In this document: in pieces, positions 26,175 through 37,337 of the stretch
Position numbering within the stretch: position 1 is the stretch's first letter
Layout: every line of letters begins with the position of its first letter
Assembly (NCBI RefSeq): GCF_008831285.2
Contig: NC_045138.2
Coordinates: 30,380,001-30,444,000, forward strand
Length of the DNA stretch: 64,000 nucleotides
Direction of reading: 5' to 3'
Origin: Nymphaea colorata
Lineage: Eukaryota
Program-made: the position numbers and the translations under genes
Notes under the pieces: generated by a model
The model's database searches: none
What the model was told of the DNA's origin: nothing
What the model saw: the letters and a program-made list of their open reading frames with translations, nothing else

Positions 26175-26235
26175 TAGTGGCGTAGCCACATGGTGGTTAG
26201 TGTGGGCAGTTGCCTACACTAGCCTCACAAAATTA
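26175..26235 (+). mobile_element. End of a CAGTGGCGGAGCC-family hAT MITE (partial)
   Basis: TAGTGGCGTAGCCACATGGTGGTTAGTGTGGGCAGTTGCCTACACTAGCCTCACAAA closely matches the reverse complement of 35383-35439. Confidence 0.65.
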
Positions 26236-27099
26236 GTTTAATATATATCTCAAAAAAAATTAAAGATATTGGATGAGTACCATTTTTTTTCTATTCCTTT
26301 TTTAGAAGTACCATAAATTCATGGTGTTCTCCTATCCAAAAATTGCAAACACACATACTTTTGGCTTGTCTGATTTAGATATGAAAGAAAGCAAATCGTG
26401 ACGAAAGAAACCACGTGATGGTTAGAAACATGGGAGAATCTTAAAGACATCATAGTAAGAAAAAGTATGTCCACTTATCCAAGGGATTGAATTTAAAACT
26501 TTAAAATTTATTTGATGTCAGCATTATCTTCATATTCTTGATGAACAAAACAAACTTCAAGAAAAAAAAACCATTAAAATGACTTCTCCAAGACAATAGA
26601 TGCATGAAAAACATACAAAACGCAAAAAGAATACCCAATTTGGCTTAATTTCAAGTTCTTAGGTGATACATGTATAAAACGGTTTCTGATACGAATTTTG
26701 ATCCATTTTTTGTTACTTTAATTCTAAATGTGAGGAGGCTAAGCAAATCCAATCTCTGGAACACGCAAACCCCCTTTCAAGGTTTTTATAATGTGGGTTC
26801 TTCTTTTAAAGGAATCAATTCAAGATCGACATGTTCCAAGTTCGTACTTTTGCAGATTAAAGCCACAACCGACGAACCGTATGTTCTCACGTTGTATACG
26901 CTACCCAGAATAGGAAAGACTAAGAGAGAGAGAAAGAGAAAGCAGGAAACGTCCAGGAATCCGTTTTACTGCTTTGGAATGACGACCTTCTCGTCATCTA
27001 TTCGCTTCCGTTCTTCGCGAGACCAAGAGGGAGAAGGAGAGAGAGCCAAGCTTTTTTGGCATCAGAAAAGAGAGAGGAAAACAAAGAAGTTGGGAGCAA

Positions 27100-30000
27100 A
27101 TGATGAAAGAAGAGGGAACGCAGGGGGAAGGGAGGCGATTCAAGGTCAGGCAGAAACTTGTGGCTCACAGACTCAAGGTACGCCTTTTGGTGGCCTTCCT
27201 ATGTTCCAGATTTGCTGTGATTCTTCGTGTTTTCTCTTTTCTGCAATGTTGGTGCATCTGTTTTTTGGTCATGAGTGGTTCTGAAAGGGCCACTGCTTTC
27301 TTTCTTCCTTTCCGGCTGGTCGGGGACGATGGTGTAGACGAAAGAAATATTGTCGAAGCAGGCGAAAAGAATAGCGGAGCAAGCCGAAGAACATGAGCGC
27401 CTCATCAATAAGGTTCCCTTTTCTTTGTTCCTTCGTCCATTTCAACTTCCCTTATCAGGCTTTGTGTTTTTGAGTTGTTTTAATATATGTGGAGGCTTTG
27501 TGTTTTTGAGTTGTTTTAATATATGTGGAGGCTTTGTGTTTTTGAGTTGTTTTAATATATGTGGAGGCTTTGTGTTTTTGAGTTGTTTTAATATATGTGG
27601 TCATCCTTTTGGTGATCGGCAATCGCGGTGGCATCATGACATGCAGGTTACTCATCTTCTTGGGGTGCTAGGATTTGGTGCCTTTTGCTTCCTGTTGGGA
27701 TCCAGTAAGTTTGATCCTTCGTTAACTTTGTTGACACCTCTTATTATTTTCGCCATTGTTTCTCTCTGTTTTTAATTTTGTTCAGATATACAGGGCCGCA
27801 GGATTCTCCTTATGTGTATTGTGTCTTCTACGTCACGTTTGTCCCGCTAAGGTGGATATACTATCGGTTCAAGAAGTGGCATTACTACCTTTTGGTTGGT
27901 CTCCTTAGTACCTCCGTTACTGGTTCAAGTAATGTGATATTTTCTTCTTTTAATCTTACCCTTGTTCAAATATGTGGTCGTTCGATTGGATGTTGCACCG
28001 GAACATCTATTTTCTTAAGACTGGAGAGCGGCAGAAAGAATGAACGAATGAGAAGAAATGGGTACCGATTGGCGTATGCTTGTGGACTGTAGTTCTTCCT
28101 TTATATGTAAAATCAAATTGCGTTTAAGCAGAGCGAGCTTAGCAACTAAAATCATGTGACCTTTCTTTTCTATTTGTTTTCTTTATGAGAAACTTGATGT
28201 TATTTTGTTCTTTCTTTCAAGTAAGAAATGAAGTGGACAAGTTAGTTACGTCCTCTTTCCTTTAACTTGGGAGTTTCCACGTTGGAAAGATGACCACTGT
28301 GAAGTAGGAAGGTTAATATTTCATATCTTCCAAACATTATCTATGCGAGCTCATCTGCCTTCTTATGGATTTCTCAGCTTCTGTACAGGAGGGTACTTTT
28401 TAGTTTTTATCCTTTTTTTGTTTATTTGATTTCTGTTAGGACTAATTTTCCTACGTCACGGCTCTTACAAGTTTAGAATGGGAACCTAGTGCGATTGGAG
28501 AGCACTTTATTCTGTTAACCAGCAGTTATAAGAGTTTCCCCCCTGTCAAAATTCTGGGGGACATAGCAGATCAAGTGAAGTTCCTAGCTTGTAGAGTATC
28601 ATAAATTTGTAATCCATTAGTTAAAATGACATTATATTGAAAAAACCAATTTAGCAACATAATTAGAAAGCTCGGTTGAAATATAAGCATATTCTTGGCC
28701 TACAGGCTACAACTAATCAATCAACATGGCTGGATAACAAACTTTTTGTTTAAACACAAATATGAAAATCGATCTATCTCTTTTGCATTTTGTTCTTATT
28801 TTGGGAAGTGGTTGTAGTATATCCAAGTGGCTAGTGTACCCCTTTTGAGTCTGACATAGGTGAAAGAGCACATTACAGAATATGTAACTAGTCCATCTCA
28901 CATGATGAGGAGTAATTGCCATGTATACTTTATTTGTCAAAACCATGTTTGGCATGACCTTGTTACAGTTTTATCACTTTATGCCAGTGTCATGCAAATA
29001 AGCATGAGATAAATATTGGGATGATTGTCATTGTAACCAGTGACTTACACCTATTACACACTTTTTCAAGGGTTGCTGAAATAATGTCTCTGGATGCCTG
29101 TGTGTATGTTAACAATGTCAGGAGAACAACATTATTAAGTTATATGTACATATGTATATTGGTGCATCTGCACTTATGCACATGTAGATGCAATGGAAGG
29201 AAGGAGTTAGATAACATGGTTGTACACATTGACATGAGCATGTGGTTTTTATGGCATACTCTCTTGTTTGAACCTAACATTCCTTAAAGCAATTACTAAA
29301 GCATTCCTGATATGTTCCTACAATTTGCTCCACATTCAAGCAAGTAAAAATTGATGCCATAGTCAGGTTATGTTGACAAAAGCCTTTTAGTAGGGTCAAT
29401 TTGGATGTCTAGTTCTTTAATGAAGAATTAAGTTGTCATCCATTTGACCAAACTTGTTGCTCCATATCCTTTTTATTGCTATAAGTGGAAAACCTGGTGA
29501 GTTTAATCTTTTAGACACCTTGTTTTTAATCCCCATTTTTTATATGGAGACCAAGTGTTCAATTCTTTGTGAGAGGCAAGGACTAAAATTTCTGGTTAAG
29601 GTTTTCTATCTGGCATGCCAGGCACATTATACATTATAGAGCTGGATATTCTTCTATGATCTATCTGCTGGAGCACTTACAACTTACTCCCCTTTGGTAA
29701 AATTTTCTGTTCTTTCCCCTTTTCAGTGAAATGATGTAGTTTTTATAAACGTTGCAGGATTTTTGCTACTATGCAAATACGATCTTCCTATTTATGCTGC
29801 TTATGTGTCCAAGAAGTGAAAAGTTTTTCATGGTTTGCTTTTCTTTTGCAGAGGTGGGTACATTCCTTTGATTTAGTGATGTCCTATTTGTAATCAAAAC
29901 ACTTTTGATGGACTTATTATCTTCTGGGTGCTGTTATAGGGACCACTAGCCTGGGCTTTGATTGTTTGGCGTTGTAGCCTTGTTTTCAGTTCGCTGGACA

Positions 30001-33000
30001 AGCTTGTCAGTGTCTTGATCCATCTTTTACCTGGTAAGACTCATCCTATTGTCATTACAATTATAGCTATAGGCTACAACAAATTTCTGAAAGTGGCTGT
30101 TATAGCAGTGGTTGCATGGGTAAGAGGCAGGTTAATACCAATGTTGTTGCCAATTGCGGTATTCCTTACTCAAGTAATATCTACGTTGTTAAGGGCTCAC
30201 TTAGGCGTGGACTAAGCATGAGTCCAGACCCATCGCCTGAGTCCACCACTTGGGCGATGGGACATGTGTTGGTGCCTAGGCTGGTGCTTAGGCTCACCTA
30301 GGCTGACGCTTAGGCTCACCTATGCTGGCCTAGATGCCAACACGCCTAGTCCATGAAAAAGTGAAAAATCACCTTTTTAATTGAGTATATATTGTTGTGT
30401 ACTTAATTGAGTAGACATTGTTATGTACATGTTAGTATGGTTATGTACTTATATGTATTGTTACGGTTGTGTACTTATATGTATACTATTGTGTACTGTT
30501 AGTCTTTTTTATTATAGTTTGGCTTTCTTTAAGTACAGATGGATTAAAGCCTCCTTGCAAGATTTACATTCCTTCTTTTAGAGATTAGATTTAGTTTTTT
30601 TTTTCCTTGTATTAGATTAAATTTAGTGAGTAATGTTAAACTTCTTCTATTGATTTTGCATTTTCAATGAAGTCAACAATTAATTTTTGATTGTTTAAGT
30701 TGATCATGCTTGTTATATTACTTCTCTCCACATTTCAAGTATTAGTAATAGTTAATCAAAATAACTTGACATATTAACATAACTAAAAAAAATTGGTTGT
30801 CTTTTTTGCCTAGGCCTGCCTAAGGCCAGCCTAGGCACTAAGCCCTGCTGCCTGGGCGCCTGACAACATAGAGTAATATTCTGTCAGGATATCTACAATG
30901 AGTATTGAAATTATGAACAAACTAAACCTCTCTGTATCCTTAGATTTCAAGATAATAGCTTCTGCCTGTCATGAGGTTAGATTGTCTCTATAAATAAACT
31001 TCCACACTAACAATATTATTTGGAGCATGTTGTGGCCATATACTTAGTTGAGTTTCACAGCCTTTTTAGCTAATTAAGTATAGAATCTCAATCTATAGTA
31101 AAGCCGTAAAGGTAATATGGCTTTACAGAGGTTTTGTTTGGTTCTTTGTTTTCCTGCTTCTATGTCTCACGAAATATCTTCATCCTGCAGTCTCAGTTAG
31201 AATCTAGGAGCTTTACTTCTTAGGGTAATGAATTTCTAGCTCATTTCTTTCCCAAGTTCTCTATGGGGAACTTTGGATTTTCAAGATTTCTGATGAGTAT
31301 CTGCTGTAGGCCTTTCTTGATGACATAGCCGAAAGGAACAATTGTGCAGCTCATGATGATGAAATAGTGTTGATTCCCTTTAAATTCATGAAGCTAATGT
31401 TTGAACTAAAAGATTATCTTTTCATGATGAAGTTAATGTTTGAACTAAAATATTATCTTTTGATGTATTGATGAATTTAGGCAAGTTCATGATTTGGAGA
31501 ATTTGGTTTTCACAAAATCTGGAGGCCAGAGATGACTTGGTTACTTGTCAATTGTCATTTAATGTCAACATTCTTCTATTCATAATTCATGAAAACAAAT
31601 TATGTGATAAACTCGAAGGCAGTATAAGTACCCAGCCAATTTTCGAAATGTTTTCTAAAATATAAATTGAAAGCATATTAAAAAGACTGCCTTTTTCATG
31701 ATTTTCCCAGTTAATCTTGTCATGAATGAGTATTTTCTCCTGGAGGACTTCATCCACCCTATGTATGCTAACATTTCTTTTGTTTATGTAACCGGTCGCT
31801 GATATAGGTTTTACCAAGGGCAGAATTGGCTTTCTAGGGATTGATTTTGGGTCAAGTCTTCAGTTTCTAAAGAGTTTGACATAACCACGAGAAGGTAGGT
31901 GCAAGAGTTTAGAGAAGGGAAATCGGTAAACTAAGTCCTCTGGCTTGAAGTTCCCTTTCTCCTCCTCCAACCATGGCTGTTTGACATCTTTTATCACTAA
32001 AGAAGAAGAAGTATCAGTAAAGATGCTAATATAAAATCCACTGATAACACACATGATAAATATGATGATGACCCATATCTTACTTAGTGGGGGTCAATAC
32101 GCTTATCAAAATGATGTTTTACATCAGCCTAAGCTTTGATTCCATGGTACATTATGTTGTATTTTAAGATTTGATGTCCTACCAAAACTAATTTATTAGT
32201 AACACCAGGATTAATGAATCTTTCTCGAATTTCTCATAAGATATGAGAAAGTTTTACAGCCTATTGCTATGTGTATCTCTGCAATCCTTCTCTGTACAGT
32301 CTTGTGATTGTAATTGGTTAAGGTGAAGTGAAGAAAAGTGACGTTCTCAATATATTGAATATATGATACTCTTCTTGCTTATAGTATCAATGTCTCTATC
32401 TACATGTTGATACTATAACATCCAGTAATTGGATGAGCATTTAGTTGGGATGCAGGCAGGAAGTTAATCTTACCTTATTCTTGTGAGATGCTGGTTATTC
32501 ACCAGGTTGACCCAGTAACATGCCCACCCATTCTGACTAGGGGAACTTGACCAAGTTTTGAACTTTCAATTGTTTTTTACTTGTCTTGCATATGAGTGAA
32601 ACTTGTGCACAAGTAGGATAAATGTACAAATTTAGCCAGAGCATGAATCTATAAGAACTCTTACCATGCTGACAATTTCATCAGGAGGTGAGAAAAAGGT
32701 GTCCAGCTTGTGCTATTTTCTCCTCTCTTTTTTTCCCTACTGAGGTAAGGAAGAAAAAATGTCTTGCTACCTCAGCGTTTTCATGGATGTAATGCTGAAA
32801 TACATGGGCCTTCAGAAGCCAGGTTGCCTGTACAAATTCCATTCTGTACTTGGTTAGATCTTAAAAGGCAAGGGATATATGCTGCTTTTGTTTGCATTAT
32901 TTTTTTGTCAACTTCCTCAGAGTCGCACTGTGACACAGTCAGTGTACAGCTATAATCCTATGGCCATTTTATCATCTTATAAGAGGTTCTCCGGCCTTGG

Positions 33001-33177
33001 AGAAATTTTCATAGGGGCGTAAAAGTTGTATATCTTTTATGGGTTCAACCAAGGTAAAAAGAAATTTGTTAAAAGTGAGAAGTCTGACTTGTCACATGGA
33101 TATGGATGCAGTAGTTGGATCAGATGGGATGTGGATACTTTTGGTACGACGCCATTTCCAAAACTTAGGATGTATAA

Positions 33178-33208
<31 letters not shown>

Positions 33209-34062
33209 GCCTACTCATTATCTACAGACTACAGTATGCCATTTCATCTTCTATTCACTAATATCTTATTATTTAATATATATATATATATATATATATA
33301 AGGACTTTCAGATCATGAGATTCCTAATACTGTAGTTAACTTGCAGGGCTTGTGTTTTTCACAATACGCTGGTGGGATCCAAATATGATTGCAGGTATTC
33401 ACCGTGATCAACAGGCTGGATATAGAACCGTGTGGCCTCATGTGGAGGATAAAAAGACCTTGTGGACATGGCTCTTTTTAGTCCCCCTGGTTGCTTACAC
33501 TTTGTGGCAGGTTCTTTATTTTCTTATTGTTAATGTACTGAGACGGCAGCGATTATTAAGAGATCCAGAAGTCATGACATCTTACAGGTCTCTCCCTCTC
33601 TCCCTCTCTCCTCATGTGTGTAATAATTCATGTGTCTCAATTGTCATGGTGTTTTGGATATAATTGTTCAGAGAACTGTCAAAGAAGGCTAAAAAGGCCA
33701 ATAATGTGTGGTGGAGACTCAGTGGATTGCTGGGGGATCAGAACCGTCTCCTCATGTATATTGTGCTGCAAGCTGCATTCACAGTGGCTACAACGGCTCT
33801 CACCGTTCCCATCTTCATGGTGTATGAGCTGCATGCGACCTTCCAAATTCTCAAGGTTTCTGCTGCCGTATGGAATGGTGGAAGCTTCCTTCTGGAGGTA
33901 ATGCCTAGGCAGGTTGTTATGAAGGAGAAGAAGAAATTGGAGATGCAGCCCATCATGTGCTGTGAAACGAAAGATGCACAAAAGCAAGATGCTACCCAGA
34001 ATGGTCCGCAAACAACCGAAGGCGCTGGTAATGCACAGAATGCTTTGGTGGACAGTTCCTAA
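27100..34062 (+). CDS. GPC1: Glycerophosphocholine acyltransferase 1 (GPCAT; At5g35460-like), 377 aa
   Basis: Eight phase-consistent exons at 27100-27177, 27338-27412, 27647-27704, 27794-27894, 29758-29853, 29940-30033, 33347-33587 and 33672-34062 total 1134 nt. Motifs: [83 protein letters not shown] and [16 protein letters not shown]. Confidence 0.93.
27458..27600. repeat. Minisatellite of 4 x 36 bp in GPC1 intron 2
   Basis: Unit GGCTTTGTGTTTTTGAGTTGTTTTAATATATGTGGA; the copies are essentially identical. Confidence 0.95.
30181..30871. mobile_element. Non-autonomous hAT element in GPC1 intron 6
   Basis: TIRs CTACGTTGTTAAGG / CTATGTTGTCAGG (reverse complement). Perfect 8-bp TSD AGTAATAT (30173-30180 and 30872-30879). 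GCCTAGG subterminal repeats. Confidence 0.85.
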
Positions 34063-35260
34063 CCTTTTTGTACAAATACTTGCATAGAATTTTCTTTCTG
34101 TGGAAGAGTTTGTTGTACTTTGTTGTCTATCAATAGGTAATAGTTGATACAAAGCGTGCTTATTGTACAAGGCGTGCATGTGTCCTCCCTTTGGTTCCTT
34201 TATGTTGAAATTTGATAGGGAAGAAAAGTTGCTGAAGCGTTGGAAGACACAATAAAATATATACCTTGTGATTTTGTACCCCGAGTTTTTCCATGTCCTT
34301 AACTCGCATAAGGCATGTCATCCTTAAAACATGCTTGTTAGACGGACCTGTTCGGATTCTCTCCAGCATTGGAGGCATCTTTGAATGAGCAGACAAAATG
34401 CCTCTTAAGATGCATTTCATATGCTTTAAGAACTGTTGATGCGGAGGAAATTTTTTGTTTGCATTTTATACATGTAAAAGTTGCTCAGATATGATCTCCC
34501 TCAACTGTAGGGTCTATAGTTTAAAACATTAAAACCGTACCGTGCAAGAATAGACACATGGTCACTTAAGTGTGTCTCGTCTTAAACACATTGGACCTAT
34601 ACAATACTGATTTTGACTTGTGACAGCTTGGGGCACCCGCACGCTACCTGTTGAAAAACTATATATATATATATGTCATCGTTAAAAGTGCCATAAACGA
34701 TTTCTCCATCATAAACAGTCCTTAATGTTCACGTAGCGGATTCCATTTTAGTGATAAGTTTTTAGTTTTTAATTATTTGACAGCATTTGACAAATTGAGA
34801 TAGAAAAAAAGAAAAAAAAGTAGTAGATGCTAAGCAGTTACATTTTACCAGATAAGAAACAGTCTTTAACTTTTGATTTTTTTTTTAAATCTGACTGTTT
34901 AAGAGAAAACTTCTGATTTTTTTTTTAAATCTGACTGTTTAAGAGAAAAGTGTGTATACCAAATACTAGATAATAAAAATGATCCATCACTTTTTTCTTC
35001 TTGTTTTTCTCTCAATTGAATGTTACCACATAGCTAAAATTTAAAAAAAAAATCACTAAAAATATCATAAACCATTGTTAAACTGTGGTTAATACTTATA
35101 TAATGATTCTTTTTTATCAATATATTTTTAATTTTTAACCATCTGCCAGCCAACATGTATATATATGTTCCCAATGTTCTGCTCTTGGCAATTTGATGAG
35201 TCTGTTCAACTTCAGTATGCGAATTTAACTGTCTTCCGTTTAACTAATCTGGGTGACACT

Positions 35261-35439
35261 CACTAGCAGAGACAGAAATCTGGGCTGGTGAGGGCATTAG
35301 TTCAATAACATTAATGTTTTAAGGGGCACTTATAATGTAAACAACCAAATACAAGAAATTATTAACATAAAAATAAGCAAAGTTTGTGAGGCTGGTGTGG
35401 GCAACTGCCCACACTAGCCACCATGTGGTTCTGCCACTG
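35261..35439. mobile_element. hAT-type MITE, CAGTGGCGGAGCC family
   Basis: Perfect 8-bp TSD GTGACACT (35253-35260 and 35440-35447). TIRs CACTAGCAGAGACA / CAGTGGCAGAACCA (reverse complement). Confidence 0.85.
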
Positions 35440-36164
35440 GTGACACTCATGATGCATGAGTCTACCAACCCACGGTCGAAAAATCAACGCACTCCACTAA
35501 CAGTCTGGCAGAACTGAGCGTACAAAGCTACCAAGACACTCCCACCTTCACCTGAGTGCAAAGAATATCTGAGAAATTCCTAAAGTTTCCACAGGGTGCC
35601 AAGATTTATTTTCCTCCATTCTTTTCCTAATCTTCATTTTCTGCACCAAACACTTGACGCTGCTCGATGGAGAAAGCAATGTCACGGCCATGTTTATTTT
35701 AGGAGGCGCTTACATTCCACCGCACAGTTTTTAGTGATGCAATGCACCTTTTGTGATGCCTTTTAGGGATATTACGTAAAAACAGATAATTAGTCATAGC
35801 GGTAGCTGACTGGTTTCAATATATATATACATATAAGCACTGCATGAAATTTTTCTAAGGCTTATTCGTTCCTAGGACAAACAGATAAAGAGAATTAACA
35901 TATTTTTAATTGCTTCTATTACTGATACAGAGTTGATTCCTGGTGGTGGAGTGTACATTGTCTTATATGAAGAATTGTCAATGCCTGTGCATACTGAACC
36001 AGCAGTGTTTACTCCTAACTCTAAGTGCACAGATTCTGATATTAGTACTGAACTGCAGTCCTAAGTTGGAGAGGCTTTTAGTTTGGGCATCTCACAATAG
36101 TTTATCATGTTGACTCTTTTATATAAAAGGGCTGGTATTACTTAGCTGCATGACAAAATCTCAG

Positions 36165-36402
36165 ATGGCTGAGTATTTCAATATCAAGGCACGTCTTTCC
36201 GGAAGCATCCCTCTAGGAAGCTTCAACTCTCAATTTCACTGGATTGAGGCACATTGATTCAGCTGCTGCAAAGTCCCTTGCTGTTGATGGATTGTGTGTA
36301 CCTTTGGTCAAGTTTCAGTTAATGAAGCTTCCTTTTAGTCTTATTAAAGGAGAATGTGAGACATGTTGTTCCATGTTCATGGGATCTATTGGCTTTAGCT
36401 AG
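36165..36402 (+). pseudogene. Orphan frameshifted exon of a MACPF-domain (CAD1/NSL1-like) gene
   Basis: Bounded by CAG|ATG and AG|GTGAAT. With two frameshifts it reads MAEYFNIKARLSGSIPLGSFNS / NFTGLRHIDSAAAKSLAVDGLCVPLVKFQLMKLP / LVLLKENVRHVVPCSWDLLALA. This matches the remembered plant MACPF segment MAExFN..G.IPLGxFNAMFNxTG...D.A.TKSLA..G..IPL....VPxSWDPASLA. Confidence 0.8.
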
Positions 36403-37265
36403 GTGAATTCCATTTCTGTATGATTTATCTTCAAGAAGAGTTAATTAGTGTCCTTCTGTTTTATAGCTGGGCTAATTAGTCCAGTTACTCTTGTCACACA
36501 TATGGATAGGCCAGATGGTAGAGCAGGTAATGAAGACTCATCAGAATGCATCAAGACATAAGATATAAACGCCAAATGATCCAATTCTGTTATTAATGTC
36601 ATTGACAATAGTGCATCTGGCAACTTTTAATAGCGTGGAACCAAATTTTCTGGATGTTACTATTAATTTGATCATTTTGGGATGCTTCTATTAAAAGATG
36701 TTGCTGTTGCTTTCCTAAGTATATATATCTACACTATCTCTAATATGATGATAGTTTTCATTAACCTTGGAATTTAGGATAGCTGTTTCTTAGCTACCCT
36801 TCAGTTGAACTCTTTTTTAAAAGGACTTCAAAAAACCAATTTTTGGTCATCCAAACACTAAAATCAGGTTTTCAAAACTCTTCAAAAAAATTGATTTTAC
36901 AAAACCAGGCTTTGACAAAAACCATTTTTTAAAAGGGTGTATCCAAACACGACCTTCACTTTTTCAACTCTTTTTTTTTTTACGATAAGCAAAGGGTATT
37001 TTGGTCATTTTACACCACGTACACAATTTTGTGTGGGCAAAGTGTCCACGTAACCAGTTTCAATCGCCAGAGGTGCTGACACATAGGGTCCCTTGGCTCC
37101 CTCAGAAGCCAATTCCTTGCGTTCATTCTCAGCTGCTCCAAGATCCAGATCGAAATTCACACAAACATGATTCAGTCCTATCTTCTTGCCCACGCCCCAA
37201 TAATATGGGCCGCAAAGGGGCACACCCATGACTCACCTCTTTCTCATTCTCTCTCTAGACAACAT

Positions 37266-37280
37266 CTATATATATATAAA
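37266..37280 (+). promoter_or_regulatory. TATA box of CslG copy 1; the equivalent for copy 2 is at 45688-45700
   Basis: CTATATATATATAAA lies about 60 bp upstream of the ATG and is conserved in both copies. Confidence 0.6.
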
Positions 37281-37337
37281 CAAGAGCATCCAGCCATGGC
37301 GGCTTGTAGAAGTCTCTCTGTCTGAGTTGAGTTGAAA

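Noticed and set aside
26670..27284. 204-aa ORF across the GPC1 start
   Set aside because: It spans promoter, UTR and intron out of frame with GPC1 and has no recognisable domain.
27458..27600. CRISPR-like 36-bp repeats
   Set aside because: The units are contiguous with no spacers and lie inside a plant intron.
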